Below are positions 13,383-25,843 of a stretch of DNA of 64,000 nt, piece by piece (within the stretch, counting starts at the first letter, position 1; each line of letters opens with the position of its first letter). Under the pieces are notes generated by a model, which was not told where the DNA came from, did no database searches, and saw only the letters and a list, made by a program, of their open reading frames with translations. The DNA lies in the NCBI GenBank assembly GCA_017654855.1, contig CM030336.1:1302001-1366000 (forward strand), read 5' to 3'. This DNA comes from Podospora anserina (Eukaryota). The position numbers were made by a program, and so were the translations under genes.

Positions 13383-13878
13383 GTTGTTTTATCCAATAAT
13401 AGTAATGATAATGATACGGAGTAATGCTGGCAGAATTCTCAAACTGTACAAAAGTTGTGTCAAGGAGAGGAAAAAGGTGAACTCGCCCACCGTGTCACAG
13501 TCACACACACCACACACCGCTACTGCTGACCCTCACCTGTGCCTTACTACCCCTCCGCTCTCCCCTCCTGCGCCCCTCATCCTATCGACCCCTCCACGAC
13601 AGGGGATGCCCCTGGTCGTTCCCCAACTGCCAGCAAAACATGCTCCCCACATTCTTGGCGGTACCCAACCCCGCAAAGTGGGCCGAGGACAACCCCTGTG
13701 AACATGCACATGAAGATGTCCAGATGGGGAATGGATGGAATGCAGAGAGGCCTTGCCATGGGGAAATATCGTTGAGAGGCCGCCAGAACCCGATTTCATA
13801 TTTCATTTTCTTGTACCACCAGAATCAGCTGTTACGCTACCCTTTGTTATGCTTTTCTGGTAGAACCATATTTTCACA

Positions 13879-15199
13879 ATGGTAAGTGGGCCTCAACACC
13901 ATCAAATTTTCTCACGATGTCAACAAACCCCCCTTTTCCGTTGCTGACATAATTCCTCTGCAGGCGCCCGCATCATCCAAACCGCTCACCCTCTCCTTTC
14001 TAGGGAAACTTTCCCTTCTCTTCAAACTTCTCGTCGTCGGTATGTTTTCCCCTTGTTTTTAAAAACACCTTTCTTCCCACTCTAACACCCTCCCAGCCCC
14101 TCCAACCCTCCTAATCAACAACCTCCGCTGCCACCTCCTCGCCCACCTCCGCGGCGCCTCCCTCAAATACTACACCCTCTGCGCCTTCAACAAATTCGGC
14201 CTCCGCCACCTCACCCCCCTCCAACTCCAGTTTATGAAACCCCCCACCGTCGCCTATTACAAATCATGGGTTAGAAAGCAGTCCATCGCCGCCATCAAGC
14301 GGCTCTCCACCTCCAATGACACCCCCAAACCAGAGGACCTAGTGTTATCCGAGCTCAAAGTCGACATTGAATCCCTTCACGACGGGCAATCCTCGCTCCT
14401 CTGGCTAGGCCACCGCACCAAAGCCAAAAAGGTCGTCCTTTTCTTCCACGGAGGGGGGTACGCCATCCCCATGTTACCAGGCCACATCAACTGGTGTCAC
14501 CGCGCTTACCTCCTCGCCTCCCCCGGCGACGTCGCCGTGGCGATACTGCAGTACACCCTTGTCCCTCATGGTAAATATCCGACGCAGCTGAAGCAAGCCG
14601 CGGCAGGGTTGGATCATATCCTCAAAGCGGGGGTCAAGCCAGAAAATATCATCTTCGGTGGTGACTCCGCTGGTGGAAACCTAACTTGCTCACTCCTCTC
14701 CCACCTTCTGCACCCCCACCCAGACGCGGTGGCCGTCTCCCTTTCTCGACCTATCGCCGGCGCGTTTTTGGTGTCGCCTTGGGTGTCGACTAGGACCGAC
14801 ACGGCTAGTTACAAAAAGAACAACGGGATTGACATGCTGTCTACCCCCACCATTGACTCCGCCTGTGGGCATTTGCTACCCGAAAACTTGACAGACGAGG
14901 ACAGGGCGTGGGTTATGCCTATTGATCTACCGCGGGAGAGGCAGGAGGCGTGGTTCAAGGGGTTGGACAAGGTTGTTTCGGAGGTGTACATCACGGCAGG
15001 GGAACAGGAGGTTTTCTTGGATCAAAGCGTGCAGTTGGCGGACGTGTTCAAGAAGGTGAACAACAAACTGGATGTCAAGGTTGAGCTGATGAAGAGTGAG
15101 GCGCATGATTGGATTCTGCTGGAGGGTGAGAATCAGCATGATGGGGATGCGACCAAGAGGATGAGGAGTTGGGTTAGGGGGTTGTGGGGGTTTAAATAG
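13879..15199 (+). CDS. Alpha/beta hydrolase (HSL-like esterase), 3 coding exons; the first is the ATG only
   Basis: FFHGGGY oxyanion motif, GDSAGG nucleophile elbow, GEQEVFLD, EAHD. Introns 13882-13963 and 14040-14096. Confidence 0.88.
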
Positions 15200-15288
15200 G
15201 TGTGATAGAGGCGAGAAGACTTGGTGTTGCCATAGGAGGCTGTAATGTTTACTATTTATTGTCTGTATGAACACAGTTCCGCGAACAT

Positions 15289-18021
15289 CTACAACTGAAA
15301 GTTATCTGTCCCTAACCCACCTGTAAAGAAGTCTAAAGGCTGGTCCCAATTGAAGAGCGAGGTCACGTTCAGCATGCTCAGGTCCGCATTACTGGGAACT
15401 TCCCATTGGAGACCGTTTCCAAAATCCAGAGAAGTATGATGTGCTTGGGCTGAGTTGAAGCCATCTTCCCTGGGCAACACGATACCCTGGCCAGCTGGGG
15501 TGGCGGCAGTGGCAATCGGGGTTGGAAGGACTGGCCTGTCGGTGTCACCGGCTTGCTCTGGTGTTCATGTCAGTGAAAACCCCGCAATATTCACGAAAGC
15601 ATCTTGAAACATACCAGCAACGCGTGCCATGACATCACCATGCACCTTTTGCAGCAGTTTCAGAGACCTGTGAGCAGAGATACTGAACGAAGCAAAGTGT
15701 GCCAGGATTTCCTGGCAAAGAACCCATGATCTTTCCAGCCGGCGTTGATCCATAGAATCAAGGAGGGATGGACTTAGATAAGCGACAATAACTGCAAGGC
15801 CACCAGTGAATGCATCTGCGGAGGAACGGTCAGCAGAGGAACCAGTAACGGGAAGCGGTGAAACTCAGCATACACAATCCATCCCACCACCAACCTCCAG
15901 TTGTGTCTGTCTGATAAGTCCTGGAGACCAGCTCGACCAAGTCCATGGCTGATCCCAAGCAAATCTTTGCACATTCTGCTGCAAAGGAAGCATACAGCAT
16001 TCTATTTCCACCAAAGGGTCCTTGCTTCACCGGTGAGGTTGGCTCTGTTGTTCCAGAATCTGAATTTGAGCAAAGTTGGGTGAGAATCGGTCGATGAAGC
16101 ATCAGCCGTACATAAAGAAAGCTGTTTATTTGGTCAGCTCAGACGGCAGGGCCATCGACTCAGGGCTACTCACCTGGCATGAAGCACATTTCTCTGCGTG
16201 ACAATAATCTTCTTCTTGTCTTCTGGCATCCCGCTAATATCACTGGGTGCTGTCCAAGACATGGCGGGGCAAACTGCGGCCTCATGTCTCGACAACTTGG
16301 CATCCAGCTCCAGAATGGCATCCAACCCATACAGCGGAGACTCATCACCGGTGGTCCCTGACGAAGAACTTGGTGCTCCTCGGCCTTTGGGTGACAGATA
16401 GATACTCGACAATATCTCACCCAGGATATGACATTGCCGAATGTGGTCAAGAAAGAAGTTCATCCTCGATGTCGTGGTCACTTCATCGTCAATCTGAGCA
16501 AGTGTACCAGGCCACTCATCATCCACCAGCTCCAACCTTGACGGCAGCGGCAGATCATTCACATCCGTCATCGTCGGCCTCCCAAACGTCATGCTCACGA
16601 TACTGCTCCTGCATCAGCTTCAACCCTTCCCAATCACCCAAAAGAGCACTCACATATCCAAAATAACACACCCATGCCACGTCCTCCTCCTCACCTCCCT
16701 CTCCAACTCCGACCTCCCCCTCCTCCCCGCCTCCGTATGCAACCCCAACCCCTGCGCCACCCTCCCCGCGACCCCCAGCGAATTCCAGCACCTGCTCGGA
16801 AAAGGGGTACTCTGCAGCAGCAGAGTCATAAGCAACAAACTCTGCACCACACCCACATTATGCATATCAATCAAATCCAACCCCACAAACTTCTTCGCCC
16901 TCTCCAAAAAAGTCTCTATCGCGCTGACCCTGTCCTTGGCCGACAAATCACTAAACTGACACCCTATCGCAAAGATAGTATTGAGCGCAGAATGAAAAAC
17001 GATACTCCCCGCCCCAGCCCCAGGTTCACTCCCCAACCCCAACCCAGGCTCCGGCACCCCTTTTTCCTTCCCCGTAACCGGCTGCCAGAGCTGGCGGTAG
17101 GCGTACATAAAGGTTGGCTTGTGAAAGAAGGGATACAGCCAATAAACCCGGTCGAAGAACCTCCCCACGAGGTAATCAGCCACATTCCTCGGCGGTAAGG
17201 CGAACCGATCCGGCTGCAGGAAATTCAGGGGGCCAAAATCCGCTTTTGGTGCCGCAAAGGTTTGTCGGAGGTTGCCCGCTGCCGTTGTTGTGACCACCGA
17301 TCCGGCTCCCGGCAACGACGAGGACACCCGGTGATGATGAGGCTTGACATTCCCGTAAGCCTCCTTCATGAAACTGGCCGCGCTCGAGCTGCCGTAGAAC
17401 TCGTCTTGCGTCTCCTCAAAGGCTTGGTTGACGTCGTGTTCGGCGCTTACCGTTCCCATTGCTGTTATTTTCGTGGCGTTCTCTAGGGAGTCCAGCCCTT
17501 CACAGTCGGGAGAGCGTGGGTCGAGGATCTGGCGATGCGGGACAGGCAGGGGAGTAGCAGTGGTGCATTGGACGTGGTCTTTGATCGCAGGAGTAAGAAG
17601 CCCATTACCCTGCCCGGGTTGGACCGAGACGGATCTCCTCCCCGGCCTGGCCCCCGGGTCCGGAGCCGGCTCCTCGCTCGGATCAAGTGGGGGAGTGGGG
17701 ATCCCATTCTCGGAACACGCCCGCTCAAGCCGTTGGATGCGTTCGTGCAGAACCCGGATGTACCTGAGGAGATGGTCAACATGGGGTGAACGCTTGAAGG
17801 AAAGGTACAAAGGACACCAGAAAAACTCACGCCTCATTGCTCGCTGTCCTGGCATTCTCAACCGTGTAGATACACTGATGCAGCGGCAGCGACCGCCGCT
17901 GGCAGGTGGAGCAGATCGGCTTGGCTCCGTCGCAACGAGACTTTCTCTCCCGGCATGGCTCGCACGCCAGGGAGATCTTTCGGCGCTTCTGCTGCCGCTC
18001 GTTGCGGTGTTCGGGATCCAT
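15289..18021 (-). CDS. Zn(II)2Cys6 transcription factor with fungal-specific TF middle domain, multi-exon
   Basis: [26 protein letters not shown], then [41 protein letters not shown] and LHRP. Exon chain is separated by canonical introns. Confidence 0.93.
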
Positions 18022-18711
18022 CCCGGGTTGGCAGTCTAATCAAGGTAGGTAGCTTCGGTGCTGGTGCTGGTGTGTAATGCCAAGATTTCTTTCTGCTCTG
18101 TGTGCAAGTTGAGATTCTGCAATTCGGTTTACTCCAATTAGAAACCACATTAAAAGTCAACACGCCTGAAGACACACCTCTCAGTCGTATAGCCCGAAAG
18201 TCCGCAACGCTGGATGTTGACGATGCCGATGAACCAGGCATTCGGAAGGCACCCGAGACTTCGCGGGTTGGTTCCGACCCGAGCAGGCCCACATTTCCTG
18301 GATGCCCTGACCCCTGATCGAATCCAGCATTGGAAAAGATAATCAAAAGGTAATAAATGCAGATGCTTTATTACACTCGCTCGAGTCGCCCCTATCTAGC
18401 TCTCTAATGCTGTAAACTCGTCTGGAAACTCATATCATCGCTTCGTAATCACCATTGATGCCCTATCCCCCAAAGCCAAATTTCAACCCTAAACGCCCTC
18501 GCTAGTGCTGTCGGAAAAAGCGTCTGTAGCATATCGAAATAATCGGGACTATTGCCATGACCAAAACCACCCAGCGTGACCGGATGTTACCAATACCGCA
18601 TGAATACGATCCAGACGTGATGGTGGTATTGTCATCATCGTCGGGAGCATCACCTCTGACGGTCAAAGTCCCGTCATCATCGTCATCATCTTCGTCGCCC
18701 CTCCAGCCGTT

Positions 18712-20282
18712 CTATGTCTTTCCCCGAAGATCGCAAACGTCGACATTGAGGTCCGCTTCGATGACATGCCCGGCAGGCTGAAGGGCGTTCACGTAAAGTT
18801 GATCGCCCGGGACATCGTGCGGATGAAATGGATCCGTCTTTCGGCACTTCAGCATCTCCGGTAGGCCCGGTGGGTTGGTCAACCGAAAGACTCCCCAGGA
18901 AGGTTCGTATCGTGGGGCGCAAACGATGGCAATACTCTCAGACAACATAGCTTGGTAACTAGCCTGCGTATGCATGTCGCGGGAGCTGAGGAAGCATGTT
19001 TGCGTCGGGTGCGTGTGGATCCAACCAATCTGTATCAACTCCTCCTTGTCACAAAACTCCCAAATGTCGGCTTCGTTTCTGGTATCACAAGTGTTCTCGG
19101 TACAATCCTGATCGGGTATCACAAGGTGTGTGATAAAAAGGGCATTGTTGATGTTGGCGCCGCAGAGGAGGCCGCACATTTCGAGCCCTCTTCTGGTATT
19201 TGGCTCGGCAATAGCGAGGAACCGTCTCCGAAGCGACTCCGGCAAAAAGATTGAACGGATCGGGTCACCGTTCTCTAAATACTTTTCAGGTTTAAATGTG
19301 TACCTTCTCTTGGGCTCAGGTGCGGGCTCGAGGGCTTCTTTAGGCGGTCTAACAGGAGATTGTGACCTCGTTGTGACAAATGCTTCAGTGTCCAGTTCCT
19401 TCCTGGGCCGTGAAGGGGGTGAAACGGAGGGAGGACGGGATGGCTCGGGCAGTTGCTTGGGAGGTCGTGGTGGCATGGGCCGAGCAGGGGGGGGACTCGG
19501 GCGTCGAGGAGCGGATTCGTACGAAAGAGGAGCCGACTGCTTGATCGAAGGGTAAGAATAGTTGGTCGACTGTAAGCGGTCATTGGTGTCTGATGTCCTA
19601 TACGATCGGTCCAACTGATTTCGAACTGCCTCCATATTCCTGCGCTGCAGCTCATCTTCTGAAATTATTCGAGACGACCGAGAGGGCGCCATCTTAGTCG
19701 CATTTCTCCTCCGGAGTCTTTCCTTGTTGGCCATTTCGATGGCGAGATCCTTATTGGACCTGGCATCTAATATGCTCCCCGGCGAAGCGTGGTTCCAAGA
19801 CAGGGCTGGATCCACCAGTCTGATTGTGCTCTTTGCCGGAGGTTGTGAACGGCGTTGAGCCCTCATTCGTGCCTCCCATCTGCTGTAGTATTCATCAATC
19901 TCAACCCGCATCGATTCCATCAGCTCTATGATGGCAGGGATACGTTTGGACAGGGTCTTGTATTGAGGCCGGGATTCGGGAAGGTTGATGTCGGGATGTG
20001 TTCTGAGCTTATACATGACGAGATCGCAGTATCGTTGGAACATCATGAAGGCCTGGGGAGTATTCCCATCGCGGAGGTAGTGGGTAGCCTGGACAGAGCA
20101 CATGTCAGTACTGGAAGAACGCCATGATGGGATTCTCGACTGACCTCCCGGTAGACAACTTCAGCCGCCCGGTACCACCGGTTGAGGGGGAGCTGGGGCA
20201 GGAAGTCATATTGCAAACCCAGGTCTGTGAGCTCCCTAACCGATAATGGCCGGTCGCTGTCCATGTTTGGCGTTGAAGCCAT
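18712..20282 (-). CDS. AMSH/STAMBP-like JAMM deubiquitinase (USP8-dimer/MIT-like N-terminus plus MPN+)
   Basis: NTRRGLEMCGLLCG, GWIHTHPTQTCFLSSRDMHT (JAMM HxHx7Sx2D), ESIAIVCAP, FHPH. One intron near 20090-20145. Confidence 0.93.
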
Positions 20283-21383
20283 TGTGATTTGGTAGAACAG
20301 CTGCAGTTGACCTGTTTGGTTGGATGTATCTCGAACAAGAGAACGCGACACCCCACCATCCTTGCCATGGGCCGCCTGGCGGGGCAAAGATCAGCCAAGT
20401 AAGCCAAGCCATGCACGGGCCCCCAGTGAGGCGGAGGTTACACGTGAGAGTATCACGTGAGACTCTAGTGGATCAGACCGATGCGCAACGCACGGATATG
20501 GCTTGGCACTTGAGCTGAGCGTTGGACAAGGCGAAGCTACAAAAATTCGACGGTGTCAAGAGAATGGCATCTTTTTGGCGAGACCGAGTTTGGTGAGATA
20601 TTTTCTTCTGACCGCTTGTTGAGGTTTTATCAAACTTCGGAAAATAACGGAAAATACCCTGGATTTCATCAGAAAAACCAGTCAACAAAATTACACACAG
20701 ACCTGAATCCAACTGCAGCTGATCGCGATGCCAGAACTTTTTGCCAAGAACACGGCCGATATCTCTTGGTCACAGTTCGGGCGGATAGGGCCGAATGCCG
20801 AGCATCTTCAATCAAGGCCAAACATCCATCCATCAACCATTGTCGATGGCATTGACAAATTCTGATATTGAACACCACGCAAAAACGTAATCGGAATATG
20901 TCGGGTCGGAAATTAGGGCGGTGATATAGCGAGGACGGGTTACACGTCGCTACCAACCACCCTCCTGGTCGTCTGAAGGGGCGGAAGTGCCACCAACTGC
21001 GCCTTGCCACAAAAAAAAAAAAAGAAGCGTTGAGTTGGTGCCTCATCTCGCCCCGTGGTGAGAGAGACCCGGCCCGTTACAGGGAGCCAAGAGAATTGTT
21101 TTTCCTATCTTTGGTAATATGACAGCCCATGCCGGGCCTGTCCGCTTGGTTTTGTATGAGGTGTTGGGTAGTGCCATGTAGGTATTAAAGGGTTGATGTT
21201 GCCACTGTTTGTTTCGTAGATGTTGATCTTGAACTTTTTTTTGTTTATATAAAGGCGTCCATCTCACAATATCTACCTGATAAGTAAACAATCATCAAGC
21301 TACTCCATCATACCTACTCCCAGAGTACCATCGAGATACTTCACACAAACTATTCCTTCAGTACTACATATACCACCATCACC

Positions 21384-22093
21384 ATGGCGATTTCACTCCC
21401 CCACCAACGGCCATCAAGCCCATCAACCTCCAAACTCCACCGTTAGTGCCCCCTTCTCCCCGTATCCATCAACACCCAGGCTTACTAACCTCCCCCATAG
21501 AAGCCCTCCTCACAACCCTCTCCCCCTTGACCCTAACGCACACCCACCTCTCCCTCCCCCAATACCACCCCACCCTCCTCGCCACCGCGGTGACCACCCT
21601 CACCAAAATCTACTCCTGTCCGATCACCCCCTCCCTCCCTCAGCTTTTGTCCGCCATCCTCCCAGAGGAAACCCTCCCCATCCTCTTCGACACAACAGGC
21701 GCCCTCCTCTCCGGCCTTGACGACCAGGCCAAAACCATTCTTTATATCCAGGCCGTCACCGGGCTAGTCCTCATCTTCGAGCACCTCTGCAAACATGGGG
21801 ACATCACTGCTGGCGTGGTGGATAGAGAGCTGAGGTTGTTTGAGCAGAGCAAGCAAAAGAGAAGTGTGCTGGAAAGGATCGAGGAAGGGGGTTTGTTGGG
21901 GGAGTGTTATACCGTCGAGGCGGTGGTGGAGTTCATTGTGGGGGTTATTGACGAGCAAGAAAAAGAAGAGGCGGTGAATGAGGTTGAGATTGAGCAGGTG
22001 GTGACGAATGAGAAGGTTGACTGGGAGATGGGGAGCAGGCCGTATGGGAATATGGGCTTGCCGTGGGGGTTTACCATTATGGCTTTGAACTAG
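21384..22093 (+). CDS. Hypothetical helical protein, 2 exons
   Basis: ATG at 21384. Intron 21442-21500 (GTTAGT..CTAAC..TAG) joins in frame to the 21446-22093 ORF. Confidence 0.65.
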
Positions 22094-22394
22094 AGATCAT
22101 GACCGGGAGGGTGTGAAGGAAGGGGAGGATTATGTCTTTTGTAATATCTTTTGGTGGACTGTAACATTAACAAATCTCCATTCTGGGTTTGGATAGATCG
22201 GGTTGCTTTGGGGAAAATGGCTGGACCGTCTTAGATACATGAACAGTTAGACTGATAGATTTGTGATTATGCGGTAATAAGGGTAATGAATAATGATATC
22301 TCGCAACTCACTTATACTCGTCAAAATTGCACTGTGGTCATATACAACTGAAAACAACTATTGCAAGAAACGCGGTAATTTTATTCTCACAAGT

Positions 22395-22947
22395 TTAAGC
22401 GCGCCCCTTGACAGCCTGAGGGCCAGCACCAACGGCAGCCTGAGCACTGGTTTGAACCTGAATGATCTCGGTCTTCTTCTTCTCCATCTTGGCCTGCGTC
22501 TCCTTGATGTGGCCTTCCAGTCTCGTGCTGTATCCCAAGTCAGTCTCCAGATAGCCACCAACATGGCAGAGATATAACTTACAGTTCCTTTTCAATAAAC
22601 TCCAACCGCCCCTTCACCGTGCTCTCCGCATCTGTCCTGTCCTGCTTCAAGAGCACTGGCCCGATGAGCTTGTAGATGGTCTCGCCGTCTTTGAGCTTCT
22701 CGAATTCCTGTTCTGTTGTCAATGTCATCCCGGCCGATCTTCATGGTGGGACACGAACCTGTTGTACGCCCAAATTCTCCTGCATCTGAGCCTCCAGCTT
22801 TTGCCGAGACGTTACTGTGTCTTGGAGATCTAGAGACAGATGTTAGCAAGCTGTGCACGAGCAGATGACGGTGAATGGGGGGGTACCCTTTTGTAGCTTG
22901 GCGTAGTCCTCAGAGAGGGCCTGAAGCCGACGTTGGATATCAGCCAT
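22395..22947 (-). CDS. PFD6: Prefoldin subunit 6, 4 exons
   Basis: Spliced product MADIQRRLQALSEDYAKLQK/DLQDTVTSRQKLEAQMQENLGVQQ/EFEKLKDGETIYKLIGPVLLKQD...V.GRLEFIEKE/..RLEGHIKE. Confidence 0.93.
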
Positions 22948-23876
22948 GTTGACTATTTCTTGTCCGGGATAACCTCAGGAATGGCCCTGGGAACGGATTG
23001 GATAAGGTGAGCAAGCCGATATCTTCACCTCAACAGCCGCTGTGATGACGAGAGTTGGGCAGTGTTGAGAAAAGTGGGGTGCTGGCGCAAATGAGAATCC
23101 GCAAAATGCTGCCTGCTAGTTACTCAGCACTCGAAACGATGACGGGTCGCAGGAAAAGATCAAATGAATGTAGAGGTATATTCTTGTATGTATGTTCACA
23201 ATCAGAAGCAACCCAGAGCTCTGTCGAAGGAAATGGGAGATGACATGTGCAGGCTGTTAGTGCTTGCTGCCCTTTTGTGTGCTTACACTAACACGGAGCA
23301 CCCCGCAGCATCAACCACAGACCCCGCAGGGATCAACTTGTCCTTTAACAAGACCAATGCTCGCCTTTACCATTACTGCAACCCGGGGAGAATTTGATAG
23401 GGACTGCCTTTTCTTTCCATTTCGGACCCTTGAATTTACAGGTGCCAACTACTGAATCCTGCAGAAGCCAGTGTGGGATGAACAGGACGCTGCGAGCTTC
23501 TTCAGCCCACGTGCCAAGACACCACTGACGAGGTCTCGACTTCGTGCCTTGCTTAAAACCAAACTCCAAACACCCCTCATCAACCACGTCCGCACCGCTT
23601 CGGTCACCACATCTGGCGTCCCAACTATTTGTCTTTCTGCAACATAATAACCCGGCGCCCTCCTCCAGACAGTTGCTATCCTCAATCTCTACAATCCCAT
23701 CTCCCACCCTCCCGCCGACAGCGGCGCTCATCTGCCACTACCCGCTGCCTACCATCGCATCTCCCCCACGGGCGGGCCAAAACAACATCTCCCCTTCCCC
23801 CCGACCCCGCTCCTCACAAACCAAACCTACTCCCGAACGACCTCAAACCCGCCTCGGCGGTAGCCCCTCGCCCACC

Positions 23877-25258
23877 ATGTCCAACACCGACTTCCTCGAC
23901 CGCGCCATCAAACAAGTCCGCACCGCCATCGACGCCGACAACGCAGCCCAATATGAAAAAGCCTACCAGCTCTACTACGCCTCCCTCGAGCTCTTCATGC
24001 TGGCCCTCAAGTGGGAAAAGAACCCAAAGTCCAAAGACATGATCCGCGCCAAAACAGCCGAGTACATGGACCGCGCCGAAAAGCTCAAAGCCCACCTCGC
24101 CGACGCCGAGTCCAAGAAGAAAAAACCCGGCCTCGTCGGCGCGAACGGCTCCTCCACCGCCGGGACGGCAAAAGGGAAGGAGGCGGGGGAGGATGGTGCG
24201 CCTGAACTAGATGAGGATAGCAAGAAGCTGAGGTCGGCGCTGGCGGGCGCCATCTTGCAGGAGAGACCTAATGTCAGCTGGGATGACGTTGCTGGGTTGG
24301 AGCAGGCGAAGGAGGCGTTGAAGGAGGCGGTTTTGTTGCCGATCAAGTTTCCTCATTTGTTTCAGGGAAAGAGGCAGCCTTGGAAGGGGATTTTGCTCTA
24401 TGGGCCGCCGGGGACGGGAAAGAGTTATTTGGCCAAGGCGGTGGCTACCGAGGCGAAGAGTACGTTTTTTAGTATTAGCAGTTCTGATTTGGTGAGTAAG
24501 TGGATGGGTGAGAGTGAGAGGTATGTTTTCTACTATCTTTTACCCCTAGAAGAGGAGGCAGTTTGCTGACGAACGACGATAACAGGTTAGTCAAGCAACT
24601 GTTCGCCATGGCCCGCGAGAACAAACCATCCATCATCTTCATTGACGAAATCGACGCCCTCTGCGGGCCCCGCGGCGAAGGCGAGTCGGAAGCCTCCCGG
24701 AGAATAAAAACGGAGATGCTCGTCCAGATGGACGGTGTAGGCAAGGACAGCAAGGGGGTTCTCATCCTCGGCGCGACCAACATCCCTTGGCAACTCGACG
24801 CTGCTATCCGCCGTCGTTTCCAGAGACGAGTCCACATCAGTCTACCAGATCTGGCCGCGAGGACAAAAATGTTTAGCATTGCCATTGGGGACACAAAGAC
24901 GGCGCTCAAACCCGAAGATTTTAGAGAGCTGGCGAGGGCGTCGGAGGGTTACTCGGGTTCTGACATCAGCATCGTTGTTCAAGACGCGCTGATGCAGCCG
25001 GTCAGAAAGATTCAGCAGGCGACGCACTTCAAGAAGGTGATGGTGGACGGCAAGAAGAGGATGACGCCCTGCTCGCCCGGGGATCCGGAGGCGGTAGAGA
25101 TGACGTGGGAGGGGGTGGAAGGGGAGGAGCTGTTGGAGCCCATTGTGGAGAAGAAGGACTTTTTGAGGGCTATCAAGTCTAGTAGGCCGACGGTGTCGCA
25201 GGTGGACTTGGAGAGGAACGAGGAGTGGACGAAGGAGTTTGGGAGTGAGGGTGCGTAG
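23877..25258 (+). CDS. VPS4: AAA ATPase Vps4 (ESCRT-III disassembly), 2 exons
   Basis: MIT domain (YMDRAEKLK), Walker [34 protein letters not shown], terminal EFGSEG. Intron 24521-24585. Confidence 0.98.
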
Positions 25259-25843
25259 ACCGTGGAGGGAGGGAGGGAGTTGCTGTGCATATGGTCAGAT
25301 ATGGGACACGCGTGGAAACCGCAGGCCAGGCGTGCGGCGTTTTACAAGACCTTTTTTAAGTGTTTGTTAGCATCGAGAACGGGCGCAATGGAAACTGCGG
25401 CGAAGTAATATTCTGATTTGGGATCATGATCAATAATTATGCGTCAGTTCCACATCACATCGGATTTAGCGAACGAGGGTCAAAATTCTGAAACTTATTA
25501 AAACTCATTCTTGTTTTCGTCTCCATGACCATGTGTGTTGCGTGTGTCTGCGACGGGTATGTTACATCAGAAGGAACACAGGAAGAGAGCATGGCGTCTA
25601 CAAAAAAAGCTTTACTACACACGAGAGAGTATCCCCGAAAACTCCAGTTGCCAAACATTTTGCCCCAATAAACCCATAGAACTCCAAGAAAATGAGAAAT
25701 GGAAAAAAGGACATGATCAAAAGACAGAAGATGACCAGCCAAACCAGACGAGAGGCTCGCGCTTTCAAGCAATGTTCAGAGCCCCCCGTTCTCAGCCAAC
25801 CAGTCCAGCACAGCAATGCAAAGCAGAAAAAATGCACATTTTC

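Noticed and set aside
25420..25495. Possible box C/D snoRNA (ATGATCA...CTGA) near NOP56
   Set aside because: Box C is imperfect, and I could identify neither a terminal stem nor an rRNA guide.
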